This document shows positions 12,609 through 25,158 of a stretch of DNA of 64,000 bases, one piece after another. Position 1 is the stretch's first letter, and every line of letters starts with the position of its first letter. The DNA lies in assembly GCA_964016885.1 (NCBI GenBank), contig OZ024755.1, forward strand, positions 33,728,001 to 33,792,000, written 5' to 3'. The position numbers and the translations under genes were made by a program. The notes below the pieces were generated by a model, which worked only from the letters and a program-made list of their open reading frames with translations, had not been told where the DNA came from and did no database searches. The stretch comes from Eledone cirrhosa (Eukaryota).

Positions 12609-12636
12609 AAGTATATATATTGTATATATATATATG

Positions 12637-13492
12637 GGGAGACCCAAGATGAGGTGATAAATGCCGACCTTACCCAATTACACCTCTCAAAGACAATGGC
12701 ACACGACCGTGACTTCTGGTGTCACGCAGTAATACAGAGTACCCGACCTCCCATGGGTACAAGCTGAAGCATATAGACAATATGCCCCCACACCCCCCCA
12801 CCGCAAGGTGGTCGTGGAGGTGCCATGGCAAAAAAGCACCCAGCCCACACTGTAAAGTGGACGTGTAGGCGCCACGAAAAAGCACCCAGCCCACACTGTA
12901 AAGTGGACGTGTAGGCGCCACGAAAAAGCACCCAGCCCACATTGTAAAGTGGACGTGTAGGCGCCACGGCAAAAAAGCACCCAGCCCACACTGTAAAGTG
13001 GACGTGTAGGCGCCACGAAAAAGCACCCAGCCCACACTGTAAAGTGGACGTGTAGGCGCCACGAAAAAGCACCCAGCCCACACTGTAAAGTGGACGTGGA
13101 GGTGCCACAGCAAAAAAGCACCTAGCCCACACTGTAAAGTGGACGTGTAGGCGCCACGAAAAAGCACCCAGCCCACACTGTAAAGTGGACGTGTAGGCGC
13201 CACGAAAAAGCACCCAGCCCACACTGTAAAGTGGACGTGGAGGTGCCACAGCAAAAAAGCACCTAGCCCACACTGTAAAGTGGACGTGTAGGCGCCACGA
13301 AAAAGCACCCAGCACTCACTGTAAATGAGGTTGGTGTTAGGAAGGGCATCCAGCTGTAGAAATCAATCCAAATCAGTTCCTGTATGAGCAAGGCATGGTC
13401 AGCCGACCAGACACTGCCCACAACAGGACAACCCGTCTAACCCATGCTAGCGTGGAAGAACGGACGTAAAACGGTGATGATAATGATGATGA
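12637..13492 (+). mobile_element. RTE LINE 3' end with an amplified ~47-bp 3'UTR unit
   Basis: ORF end DEVINADLTQLHLSK, about 11 units of gtaaagtggacgtgtaggcgccacgaaaaagcacccagcccacact, then the tail cccatgctagcgtggaagaacggacgtaaaac(gat)n. Confidence 0.8.
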
Positions 13493-13784
13493 TATATGTA
13501 TGTAAGTATATATATAAGTATATATGTACAGAAGATGAATTGCCGACTTTTGTCTGACAAATGATTGAATGCAATTCTTTAATTTCTATAAAATCATAGT
13601 CTGGGAAATATGAAACTGAGGTTTCACTGTAATACATACTTGGAGAATTCTTTGTTTAACAATAGAAATCTCTTCAACTCAGAAGTATTTAAACCTTTTA
13701 GATTAAATTTCTTAGCTCAACTTAAATATTTCCTCTTTGTGTGTTTTTGTGTGGTTGTAGGTGCATCTGTTGTTTGTGTAGGTA

Positions 13785-13788
13785 TGTG

Positions 13789-13828
<40 letters not shown>

Positions 13829-14442
13829 TGCATGTGTGTGTGTGTATGTATGTGTGTGTATGTGTGTGTATGTGTGTGTGTGTGTGTGTGCATGTGTGTG
13901 TGTGTGTGTGTGCAGGTGTTGTAAGTGTGCTTGTGTGTGAGGATGTGGTTGTATGTATGTACATGTGTGTTGTAAGTGTGCTTATATGTGTATGTGTGCA
14001 TGTGTGTTTTATGTGTGCGTATGTGTGTGGATGTGTTGTAAGTGTGCTTGTGTGTGAGGTTGTGCTTGTGTGTATGTGCTCGTGTGTATGTACATGTGTG
14101 TTGTAAGTGTGCTTATATGTGTGTGTGTATGTGCTCGTCTGTATGTACATGTGTGTTGTAAGTGTGCTTATATGTGTGTGTGTGTGTGTGTGTGTTGTAA
14201 GTGTGTATGTCTGTGTAAGTGTATGTGTAATCATGTGTTGTAAGTGTGTGTATGTTGCAAGTGTATGTGTATGTCTGCATATGTGTGTGTGTGTGATCAT
14301 GTGTTGTAAGTGTGTGTGTGTGTTGCAAGTGTGTGTATGTGCATGTGTATTTCTGCATATGTGTGTGTGTGTGTGTGCATGTGTTGTAAGTGTGTGTGTG
14401 TGTGTGTGTATGTATGTGTCTCTGTGCCTGCATGTGTGTGAG
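13785..14442. repeat. (TG)n compound repeat
   Basis: Recurring gtgttgtaagtgtg. Confidence 0.9.
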
Positions 14443-14556
14443 TGAATTATTTCAATCATCATGACAATTGACTTAACTTTCTTTTCCATTTATATATATT
14501 TTTGTGTTTGACATAATATCCTTTGCTTCTTTTATTTCAGATATATTTTAAATTAA

Positions 14557-14745
14557 TAATTGTTTCTACTTTTTGGCACAAGGCCAGCAATTACCCAGTA
14601 CATTACTGGTACTTTATTTTATCGACCCCGTAAGGATGAAAGGCAAAGTTAACCTCGGCGGGATTTGAACTCAGATCATAAAGGGACATAACTATGCTAG
14701 AAAGCATGGCGTCTGACCCTCTACCAATACTGCCAATTCACCACC
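14557..14745 (-). mobile_element. SINE family A
   Basis: Consensus match, flanked by the repeat atatttt(t)aaattaataat. Confidence 0.85.
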
Positions 14746-15234
14746 CTAATATTTTAAATTAATAATAGTCTCAGATAGAGAAGAACTGTTTTTGATACAA
14801 GAAATAAAAAAACAAAACCAAAAAAAAAACTAACAAAGACCCCTAAAACCAACAGTATAAACTCTCACATATACTAACCTAATTGTTCCAAAATATAGGA
14901 ATCTTGTTTTCTACAACGGAGAGCTATCATTGCTTTGTATTTTAAGTATTCCCTTCAAGAAATTTTCATTTTTATTTTTTTACTAAAGAGAATTGTTATT
15001 ATCATTTTCATCATTGTCAAGAATTTTTTTCAGACAATAACAAAAGTTATTATCTCGTCATTATATACATTTGAAGTGTAATTCTTTCTTCTTTTTTTTA
15101 GGAATTTCAAAGTGTTAAGAAAAGAATTTCGAATTGTCTTTGAAAAATAATTTATCATTATTGCACTGGAATCATTGCCACAGAGACTGGCAATATCGAC
15201 AAGAATGTTACTTACTAAAACTAGGAGAGTAGAG

Positions 15235-15435
15235 CATCATCTCTGTATATATGGATGACATTAGGCTCATAGTGTCGGATACTTAAACAAATTTGAAGTG
15301 GTCAGTAGCAATCTGGTGGAATACTAGAAGGTAAACAGGAGCTCATATTAACTGAGAGAAATAAGTGGGCTTTTAACTCAACACCTGGTGAAGTCAGTCT
15401 ATGCAAAATGGTGACTTTTATTGTTGGACTGAGGG
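15235..15435 (+). mobile_element. Possible old RT-element remnant
   Basis: YMDDIRL at 15248-15268. 15340-15435 resembles 19710-19750 plus 20065-20120. Confidence 0.3.
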
Positions 15436-18400
15436 TTCCTTCCCCTTTCTGCTGTGACACCAGAGCTCTTGTCATCCCCTCCCCTTTCTGCTGTGGCACC
15501 AGAGCTCTTGTCATCCCCTCCCCTTTTTCTGTGACACCAGAGCTCTTGTCATCCCCTCCCCTTTCTGCTGTGACACCAGAGCTCTTGTCATCCCCTCCCC
15601 TTTTTGCTGTGACACCAGAGCTCTTGTCATCCTCTCCCCTTTCTGCTGTGACGCCAGAGCTCTTGTTATCCCCTCCCCTTTTTCTGCTGTGGCACCAGAG
15701 CTCGTCATCCCCTCCCCTTTCTGCTGTGACACCAGATCTCTTGTCATCCCCTCCCCTTTTTGCTGTGACACCAGAGCTCTTGTCATCCCCTCCCCTTTTT
15801 GCTGTGACACCAGAGCTCTTGTCATCCCCTCCCCTTTCTGATGTTGCACCAGAGCTCTTGTCATCCCCTCCCCTTTTTGCTGTGACACCAGAGCTCTTGT
15901 CATCCCCTCCCCTTCTGTGACACCAGAGCTCTTGTCATCCCCTCCCCTTTCTGATGTTGCACCAGAGCTCTTGTCATCCCCTCCCCTTTTTGCTGTGACA
16001 CCAGAGCTCTTGTCATCCCCTCCCCTTCTGTGACACCAGAGCTCTTGTCATCCCCTCCCCTTTCTGCTGTGACACCAGAGCTCTTGTCATCCCCTCCCCT
16101 TTTTGCTGTGACACCAGAGCTCTTGTCATCCCCTCCCCTTCTGTGACACCAGAGCTCTTGTCATCCCCTCCCCTTTCTGCTGTGACACCAGAGCTCTTGT
16201 CATCCCCTCCCCTTTTTGCTGTGACACCAGAGCTCTTGTCATCCCCTCCCCTTTTTGCTGTGACACCAGAGCTCTTGTCATCCCCTCCCCTTCTGTGACA
16301 CCAGAGCTCTTGTCATCCCCTCCCCTTTCTGCTGTGACACCAGAGCTCTTGTCATCCCCTCCCCTTTTTGCTGTGACACCAGAGCTCTTGTCATCCCCTC
16401 CCCTTTTTGCTGTGACACCAGAGCTCTTGTCATCCCCTCCCCTTTCTGCTGTGACACCAGAGCTCTTGTCACCCCTTCCCCTTTCTGCTGTGGCACCAGA
16501 GCTCTTGTCATCCCCTCCCCTTTCTGCTGTGACACCAGAGCTCTTGTGATCCCCTCCCCTTTCTGCTGTGACACCAGAGCTCTTGTCATCCCCTCCCCTT
16601 TTTGCTGTGACACCAGAGCTCTTGTCACCCCTTCCCCTTTCTGCTGTGACACCAGAGCTCTTGTCATCCCCTCCCCTTTCTGCTGTGGCACCAGAGCTCT
16701 TGTCACCCCTTCCCCTTTCTGCTGTGACACCAGAGCTTTTATGATCCCCTCCCCTTTCTGCTGTGACACCAGAGCTCTTGTCATCCCCTCCCCTTTTTGC
16801 TGTGACACCAGAGCTCTTGTCACCCCTTCCCCTTTCTGCTGTGACACCAGAGCTCTTGTCATCCCTTCCCCTTTCTGCTGTGACACCAGAGCTTTTGTCA
16901 TCCCCTCCCCTTTCTGCTGTGACACCAGAGCTCTTGTCATCCCCTCCCCTTTTTGCTGTGACACCAGAGCTCTTGTCACCCCTTCCCCTTTCTGCTGTGA
17001 CACCAGAGCTCTTGTCATCCCTTCCCCTTTCTGCTGTGACACCAGAGCTTTTGTGATCCCCTCCCCTTTCTGCTGTGACACCAGAGCTCTTGTCATCCCC
17101 TCCCCTTTTTGCTGTGACACCAGAGCTCTTGTCACCCCTTCCCCTTTCTGCTGTGACACCAGAGCTCTTGTCATCCCTTCCCCTTTCTGCTGTGGCACCA
17201 GAGCTCTTGTCATCCCCTCCCCTTTTTGCTGTGACACCAGAGCTCTTGTCACCCCTTCCCCTTTCTGCTGTGACACCAGAGCTCTTGTCATCCCTTCCCC
17301 TTTCTGCTGTGACACCAGAGCTTTTGTCATCCCCTCCCCTTTCTGCTGTGACACCAGAGCTCTTGTCATCCCCTCCCCTTTTTGCTGTGACACCAGAGCT
17401 CTTGTCACCCCTTCCCCTTTCTGCTGTGACACCAGAGCTCTTGTCATCCCTTCCCCTTTCTGCTGTGACACCAGAGCTTTTGTGATCCCCTCCCCTTTCT
17501 GCTGTGACACCAGAGCTCTTGTCATCCCCTCCCCGTTTTGCTGTGACACCAGAGCTCTTGTCACCCCTTCCCCTTTCTGCTGTGACACCAGAGCTCTTGT
17601 CATCCCTTCCCCTTTCTGCTGTGGCACCAGAGCTCTTGTCATCTCCTCCCCTTTCTGCTGTGACACCAGAGCTCTTGTGATCCCCTCCCCTTTCTGCTGT
17701 GACACCAGAGCTCTTGTCATCCCCTCCCCTTTTTGCTGTGACACCAGAGCTCTTGTCACCCCTTCCCCTTTCTGCTGTGACACCAGAGCTCTTGTCATCC
17801 CCTCCCCTTTCTGCTGTGGCACCAGAGCTCTTGTCACCCCTTCCCCTTTCTGCTGTGACACCAGAGCTTTTGTGATCCCCTCCCCTTTCTGCTGTGACAC
17901 CAGAGCTCTTGTCATCCCCTCCCCTTTTTGCTGTGACACCAGAGCTCTTGTCACCCCTTCCCCTTTCTGCTGTGACACCAGAGCTCTTGTCATCCCTTCC
18001 CCTTTCTGCTGTGACACCAGAACTCTCGTCATCCCCTCCCCTTTCTGCTGTGACACCAGAGCTCTTGTCATCCCTTCCCCTTTCTGCTGTGACACCAGAG
18101 CTCTTGTCATCCCTTCCCCTTTCTGCTGTGACACCAGAGCTTTTGTCATCCCCTCCCCTTCTGTGACACCAGAACTCTCGTCATCCCCTCCCCTTTCTGC
18201 TGTGACACCAGAGCTCTTGTCATCCCCTCCCCTTCTGTGACACCAGAACTCTCGTCATCCCCTCCCCTTCTGTGACACCAGAGCTCTTATCATCCCCTCC
18301 CCTTCTGTGACACCAGAGCTCTCGTCATCCCCTCCCCTTCTTCTGTGACACCAGAGCTCTTGTCATCCCCTCCCCTTCTGTGACACCAGAACTCTCGTCA

Positions 18401-18945
18401 TCCCCTTCCCCTTTCTGCTGTGACACCAGAGCTCTTGTCATCCCCTCCCCTTCTGTGACACCAGAACTCTCGTCATCCCTTCCCCTTTCTGCTGTGACAC
18501 CAGAGCTCTTGTCATCCCCTCCCCTTTCTGCTGTGACACCAGAGCTCTTGTGATCCCCTCCCCTTTCTGCTGTGACACCAGAGCTCTTGTCATCCCCTCC
18601 CCTTCTGTGACACCAGAACTCTCGTCATCCCTTCCCCTTTCTGCTGTGACACCAGAGCTCTTGTCATCCCCTCCCCTTTCTGCTGTGACACCAGAGCTCT
18701 TGTCATCCCCTCCCCTTTCTGCTGTGACACCAGAGCTCTTGTGATCCCCTCCCCTTTCTGCTGTGACACCAGAGCTCTTGTGATCCCCTCCCCTTTCTGC
18801 TGTGACACCAGAGCTCTTGTCATCCCCTCCCTTTCTGCTGTGGCACCAGAGCTCGTCATCCCCTCCCCTTTCTGCTGTGGCACCAGAGCTCTTGTCACCC
18901 CTTCCCCTTTCTGCTGTGACACCAGAGCTCTTGTCATCCCCTCCC
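15436..18945. repeat. 39-bp minisatellite, about 90 copies (3.5 kb)
   Basis: cccctcccctttctgctgtgacaccagagctcttgtcat, with 35-bp deletion variants at both edges. Explains the 623-aa and 564-aa artefact ORFs. Confidence 0.97.
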
Positions 18946-19051
18946 TCTTCTCATTCTTTTTCTTCTTTTTTCTCTCTTTTTTTCTCAATATTTCCCTATT
19001 CTTTCTTTCCTTTTGTTTCCCCCTTTATTTTATTATTGCCATCATTATAGT

Positions 19052-19567
19052 TGGATTGGCAGAATCGGTAAAGGGTCGGACACCAGCATAGAGTTATGGC
19101 CCTTTATGGTTTGAGTTCAAATCTCGCCGAGTTTAACTTTGCCTTTCATCCTTACGGGGGTCGATAAAATAAAGTACCAGTCACGCACTAGGGTCGATTT
19201 AATCGACTGCCCCTCCCCCAAAATTGCTGGCCTTGTGCCTATATACGAAACCATTATTATTATTATCCTTACGGGGTCGATAAAATAAAGTACCAGTCAC
19301 GCACTGGGATCAATTTAATCGACTGCCCCTCCCCCAAAATTGCTGGCCTTGTGCCTATATAAGAAACCCTTATTATTACTGGTGGATTGGCAGTATCGGT
19401 AGAAGGTCGGACGCCATGTTTTCCAGCATAGTTACGTCCCTTTACGATCTGAGTTCAAATCCCGCCGAGGTTGACTTTGCCTTTCATCCTTACGGGGTCG
19501 ATAAAATAAAGTACCAGTAATGCACTGGGTAATTGCTGGCCTTGTGCCTAAAGTAGAAACAATTATT
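19052..19567 (+). mobile_element. Cluster of three SINE A copies (long-tail variant, partial duplicate, short variant)
   Basis: 19052-19258, 19265-19376 and 19381-19567. Confidence 0.85.
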
Positions 19568-19751
19568 ATTACTGTAAATAATATCATGTTTTATAAACTA
19601 TTTTATAATATCTCAGCACATGAGCTCACCACTCTTTATATTAACTTCAATAAATATGTTTATAACAGTAAATGGTTGGACTAGACTTACAAGAAGAATA
19701 TCAGAAGGTAACATATTAATTGAGAGCAGTTGGTGGGCTTTTACCTCAACA

Positions 19752-20062
19752 GCTCTGAGGCTGTGTCCCCATTAGTGCTTTGGAAACCACAAGCAGTCAC
19801 TAATAACAGGGGGCACAAGCTCTCCTACCCCGATTTTCTGGCCACTGCCATCATGCCACCTCTGAGGCTGTATCCCTATTAGGGCTTTGGAAACCACAAG
19901 CAGCAGTCACTAATAACAAGGGGTGCAAGCTCTCCTATCCCGATGTCATCTCCAGAGATTCTGGTATTGAAATCCAGGATTTGGCAACGGCAATGAACGA
20001 CAGGCCTAGGTGGAGATCAATTGTTGAGTCCATTTCGGCTATGGCTGCCGGATGATGATGAA
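19752..20062 (+). mobile_element. Short RTE-derived element with a duplicated 5' unit
   Basis: YPDVISRDSGIEIQDLATAMNDRPRWRSIVESIS followed by (gat)n; ctctgaggctgt...taataaca occurs twice. Confidence 0.6.
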
Positions 20063-20274
20063 CACAACACCTGGTGAGGTCAATCCATGCAAAATGGTGG
20101 CCTTTATTGCTGGACTAAGGATACAGTAAAGTGTTGGACTAGACTTACAAGTGAAAAAGATGTTGAAGAGCAGGCTGGCTAATCTGATTCAAACATGAAC
20201 TGAAATGATGCTATCCTCGAATGATTGAACAGAAGTAGCTAATATCAATCTCACCTTCACGACTACTTTACAAT

Positions 20275-20650
20275 GGGAGGGGGTGAGGGCATATTGTCTA
20301 TAGACTTCAGCTTCGGCTTGTACCCATGGGAAGTCGAGTCTTCTGTATTACTGCATAATGCCAGTTGTCTCGGTCCTGCATCATCGCCTTTGAGAGATGC
20401 AATTGGGCAAGGTCAGCTTTTATCACCTCATCCCAGGTCTTCTTGGGTCTCCCCACTACAAGGCTTCCATCGACTTTTAGTACTCTGCGCCTTTTTATGC
20501 AACTGTCACCCTTTATATGCATCACATGTCCATACCAATGCAACCCCCGGTCTTGCACACAGCATTTGATTCCTCTTATGATCAGTCTCTCTTAATTCGT
20601 TCATGCTTTACTGTTCGCGTATGTTACTATTACACATCCATCAGAGCATG
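20275..20650 (-). mobile_element. RTE LINE 3' fragment
   Basis: LHWYGHVMHIKGDSCIKR...GRPKKTWDEVIKADL...DRDNWHYAV. Confidence 0.85.
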
Positions 20651-20779
20651 CAAACTTTGTGTCTTTCTAATCTACACTAGTCTTCTACACACAATGCCCA
20701 GGTCTCACTACCATATATATTTATATATATATTTAAATACACCCAATTGGGGGAGCAATTATATATATATATATATGGT

Positions 20780-20812
<33 letters not shown>

Positions 20813-21007
20813 GTAAAGGAGTGAAGAATAACATGGCTGTACAGTGGGGTCTATTCCAAGCCAAGTATTAACAAATATTTCATTAGTCTGGTGTGACTAA
20901 AAACCAAATTCTCAAAATACTGATATATATATCTATGGGGGGGGGGATAATATATATACATATATATATATGGTATATATATATATCACATATATATATA
21001 TATATAA

Positions 21008-21210
21008 TGTAATAATAATAAATTTAAAGACTAAAATCCAAAGAGGGCTCGATAAGGATAAATATATATATCAAATATATAAGAACCGTAGAGCAAACGT
21101 TTTTTTGAAATATTCACTTCTGCGTTCACAGATTGACTTTGTTAGTTTCAGAAGATCCCGTTAAGGGTGAAAGCAGCGATTCTTTGCTTAAACTTTAATC
21201 TGTTATTTTA

Positions 21211-21218
<8 letters not shown>
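21008..21218. mobile_element. H3-family PLE-like fragment (other copies 35128-35222 and 38380-38545)
   Basis: Three copies. In two, the distal segment (ttgctctacgg...aaatttattattatta) is flipped and placed 5' of the ribozyme-side segment. All sit in or next to (TA)n. Confidence 0.55.
21128..21203 (+). ncRNA. Hammerhead-like motif with variant core CAGAAGA (family H3)
   Basis: agttt-CAGAAGA-t-ccc(gttaa)ggg-t-GAAA-gca...tgc-TT-aaact, with stem I extension acagattga/ttaatctgt. Confidence 0.6.
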
Positions 21219-21238
<20 letters not shown>

Positions 21239-21245
<7 letters not shown>

Positions 21246-22535
21246 AAGAGTGAAGAATAACATGGTCAACAGTACAAAAAGGGTTTTATTTACAGTATTA
21301 ACAATTGTTTCATTGATTAGGGTATCTAAAAATTTCTGTAGGCTACTAAATTCCCTAATTTCAAACCAACATGATTTGATCCAACAATCCCATAATTCAA
21401 ACTGAACCACTTAGAGTCTATTATAATAACCAATTATTATTAACTGTCAATATCGGTAGAGGGTCGGACACCATGCTTTCCAGCATAGTTACGTCCCTTT
21501 ACGATCTGAGTTCAAATACCGCCGAGGTTGACTTTGCCTTTCATCCTTACGGGGTCGATAAAATAAAGTACCAGTCATGCACTGGGGTCGATTTAATCGA
21601 CTTTCTCCACCCCCAAAATTGCTGGCCTTTCATCCTTACGGGGTCGATAAAATAAAGTACCAGTGATGCACTGGGGGTAATTGCTGGCCTTGTGCCTAAA
21701 GTAGAAACAATTATTAACTGTCAATAAATCAACTAATCACTGAATCAACATCATAACCACCTAACCTTCTTTCTTTCACTCTCTTTCCCTAAAACTATTT
21801 AACCCCTTCCATTATATCCTATCGTGTTCTCTTCACCTCTCACATAACTTCCAATTTATTAATTTATCCTTTATTTAGCACTGTACTATTTCTTCATAAT
21901 ATAATTTAACCAATACATATACATATATATTTAGTATTTTCATGTTTATACCATCACATCTTTATACTTTAACTACCAACACCACAACTATTTTCAACAA
22001 TCATTTTATGTTCACTTCTTTTCACACACAAATTATTTTTTACTTATTTTCTATCATCTTCATTCTAACTTATTTATTATTATTTATTTTTATTTTTTAT
22101 TTTTCCTTTTTCTCTCTCTTTTCTTTTTTCTTTTTCTTTCTTTATGACTGATGTTGTGATTTGAATTTCCCTAGTATATTTCAAACGCTGTGTATAATTT
22201 TAATCCGTTTTTTCGATGATTTGATTAGGCATACATTGTATTTAAAATTGAGTGACACAACTTCAAGTGATTAGCAATTTTTAGACACACTAATCAATGA
22301 AACAATTGTTAATACGGTAAATAAAACCCTTTTTGTACTGTTGACCATGTTATTCTTCTTCACTCTTTCACTATTATTACTCCAAGATTAACCTGCATAG
22401 GAATTCCCGAGAACTCGCAACCTAACTAAGGAAATCTCTTGTTGAGTCAAACAATGCCATACGCTATAACTATCCACAATACGGAGTACTCACAACCTCT
22501 AACTGGATTACCTATAATGATAATTTGTTATCCCA
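21239..22535 (+). mobile_element. PLE-like fragment with about 95-bp inverted repeat and a nested SINE
   Basis: 21239-21334 is inverted relative to 22276-22374 and contains the half-hammerhead gaaa-caattg-tt. Related copy at 20811-20925. TA tracts at both ends. Confidence 0.5.
21450..21712 (+). mobile_element. 5'-truncated SINE A with internal duplication and 17-bp TSD
   Basis: attattaactgtcaata at 21436-21452 and 21710-21726. Confidence 0.85.
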
Positions 22536-22864
22536 TATATATATATATATATGCATACAGCTCCCATATTATATATATATATATATCATCATCATCATCA
22601 CCATTTTACGTCCATTCTTCCCTGCTATTGGTTAGATGGATTGTCCCGTTGTGGGCAATGCCAGGACTGATTTACAGTGAGTACTGGGTGCACTTTTACC
22701 ATGGCGCTTACATGACCACTTTACAGAGTGGACAGGGTCCTTTTTTGTTGTGACACCTACGCGACCACTTTGTAATGGGAGGGGGTGGGGCATGTATATA
22801 TATATATACATATATATATATACATATATATATACATACAGCTCCCACACTATATATATATATA

Positions 22865-23014
22865 TGGGCAGAGGTGGTGAGAGCAGACCTCAGATCACTG
22901 AAACTCACTGAGGAGATGACGAAGGACCGGTACAAGTGGAGAAATGCTGTGCTGAATAGGACCCGTCCAACCCTTGCAAGCAGGGAAAAGCGGACGTAAA
23001 ATGATGATGTTGAT
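22865..23014 (+). mobile_element. RTE LINE extreme 3' end (putative partner of SINE B)
   Basis: WAEVVRADLRSLKLTEEMTKDRYKWRNAVLNRTRPTLASREKRT*; its tail is identical to the SINE B tail. Confidence 0.85.
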
Positions 23015-23029
23015 GTATATATATATATA

Positions 23030-23300
23030 TAATTGAACATACAGGAGAGATAAACACAAATATAAACATACATGTGTTCGAATTGTAAAGGACCAGGTTT
23101 GCTAGGGTGAAAAAATACTAACTCTTAACAATATGGTTTGCCAGACTTAATTTAAAGTAGTAAATCAAGAAAGAGAATAATAAACCTATATTGGGCAACT
23201 GCCTGAAAATACCTAGACAGTTATAGAAACTGTTTCTCAAATAATATATTAAGCGAAGGCATCACCAACACTCTGCTCTTCAGTAGGTGTGAAAAAATAC

Positions 23301-23305
<5 letters not shown>
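23030..23305 (-). mobile_element. Hammerhead-bearing repeat; second copy without the ribozyme at about 30650-30810 (+)
   Basis: The reverse complement of 23030-23190 aligns by eye with 30651-30808. Bounded by (TA)n. Confidence 0.5.
23211..23288 (-). ncRNA. Type I hammerhead ribozyme with GUC cleavage triplet
   Basis: Minus strand: accta-CTGAAGA-[long imperfect stem II]-GAAA-cagtt(tctat)aactg-TC-taggt. Perfect 5-bp stems I and III. Confidence 0.75.
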
Positions 23306-23363
<58 letters not shown>

Positions 23364-23434
23364 GTGTATATATATATGTATGTATATATATGTGTATATA
23401 TATATATATGTGTGTGTATATATATGTGTATATA

Positions 23435-23485
<51 letters not shown>

Positions 23486-23785
23486 CGAAGGAAATGTGGT
23501 AAGGAACCAGATGGACCATAATGCACCAAAGTACTCAATACTTAGGGTAGGAGAGTGGGTAATAGGAACAAGTAGGACCTCGACTGGTGAGCTCAAGCCG
23601 TTTCGACGGCTAATTCTGGACTAAATTATTTAGTCCAGAATTAGCCGTTGAAACGGCTTGAGCTCAGCCGTCGGGGTCCTACTTGTTCCTATATATATAT
23701 ATGTTATTCCAGGTTGAATTGGAGGTAACCACAGTAAGTAAGGTACTCAATACATTGCAGAGTATAAAAGTTTTAATATAGATTC

Positions 23786-23819
23786 CTGATGATTTCTAAA
23801 GAATGAAACAGTTCTAGTC
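23786..23819 (+). ncRNA. Partial hammerhead motif (5' strand of stem I replaced by an inversion)
   Basis: CTGATGA-t-ttc(taaa)gaa-t-GAAA-cagttctag-TC, flanked by the inverted pair aagttttaatatagat/atctatattaaaactt. Confidence 0.45.
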
Positions 23820-24469
23820 CTGTAAAATCTCATCTATATTAAAACTTATATATATATATATATATATACATACAGCTGTGTAAAATAATTGTGTAATCTG
23901 TATTATGAGATCAGCTTTTCTTTTATATAACAATGGAACCTCATTTTTAACTAAGATACTGTAACAAATTATATTTTTTTCTTTATCACTCTGTCTTCTC
24001 TGGCTGCCAGATTGCAATGGCTATATATACCTCTTAGAACTGAAATAAAATTCAATTATTGTAAAGCATCACTTTATGATTAACAACTTTATCTACTGCA
24101 TTAGTTTGATGTTGGTGAAAATCAATTCCCATGCTATGTAATATCTGGGTGTTTGTTTTTTTTTGTGTGTTTTTTCCGATTCTTTGGTTGCATAGCAATA
24201 TTATATTTTTATAAATCATCTGGGATTTTGCAAATGTAGCAGATATAGATGGATGCACAACAAAGGATTATGTTTATTATAATTGTGACCATATCAGAAG
24301 AGTCATGGGTAAAAGAAATGAATAATTTGCAAATGATTAATGGAGCTTTTAACAAGTGACAAATATCAATATTCAGATAGTCTAATACGTGGACAAACTT
24401 TTTGATCATATGGCTGTTTGGAATAACAGCTATGGTATGTATGTATGAGCCCATAACGCTTGGTGGTAT

Positions 24470-25158
24470 TGTGTGGGTATGACAAAATGTGCCCAGTCCA
24501 CGCTGTAGAGTGGTCGTGTAGCTGTCACGACTAAAAGCACTCAGTCCACACTGTGAAGTGGTCGTGTAGGTGACACAACGAAAAGCACCCACTACACACT
24601 GTAAAGTGGTCGCGTAGGTGTCACAACAAAAAGCACCCAGTCCACACTGTAAAGTGGTCGCGTAGGTGTCACAACAAAAAGCACCCAGTCCACACTGTAA
24701 ACTGGTCATGTAGGTGTCACGACAAAAAGCACCCAGCACACACTGTAAACTGGTCATGTAGGTGTCACGACAAAAAGCACCCAACACACACTGTAAAGTA
24801 GTGATGTAGGTGTCACGACAAAAAGCACCCAGCCCACACTGTAAAGTGGTCATGAAGGTGTCATGACAAAAAGCACCCAGCCCACACTGTAAAGTAGTTG
24901 CGTAGGTTTTATGACAAAAAGCATCCAGTCCACACTGTAATGTGGTTATGTAGGTGTCATGACAAAAGGCAGCCAGCCCACACTGTAAATGTGATTGGCG
25001 TTAGGAAGGGCAGCCAGCCATAGAAACCAAGCCTAAATCATCCTGGTGTGAGCGAAACACGGTCCTCTGACCTGATCTCTCACAAAGGGACATCCCATCC
25101 TACCCAGGCTAGTGTAGAAAATGGACATTAAACGGTGAAGATGGTGGTGGAGGTGGTG
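24470..25158 (+). mobile_element. RTE 3'UTR with a degenerate 47-bp array
   Basis: About 11 units of (gtcacgacaaaaagcacccagtccacactgtaaagtggtcgtgtaggt) plus tail. Similar segments at 42090-42392 (+) and 22585-22775 (-). Confidence 0.75.

Noticed and set aside
12810-13320. CRISPR-like appearance of regular repeats (also 50855-52203 and 24470-24990)
   Set aside because: Head-to-tail units with no unique spacers and no cas genes, in a eukaryotic context.
16278-18240. 623-aa and 564-aa ORFs
   Set aside because: Translations of a 39-bp minisatellite that is open on both strands. The unit derives from a transposon 3'UTR.
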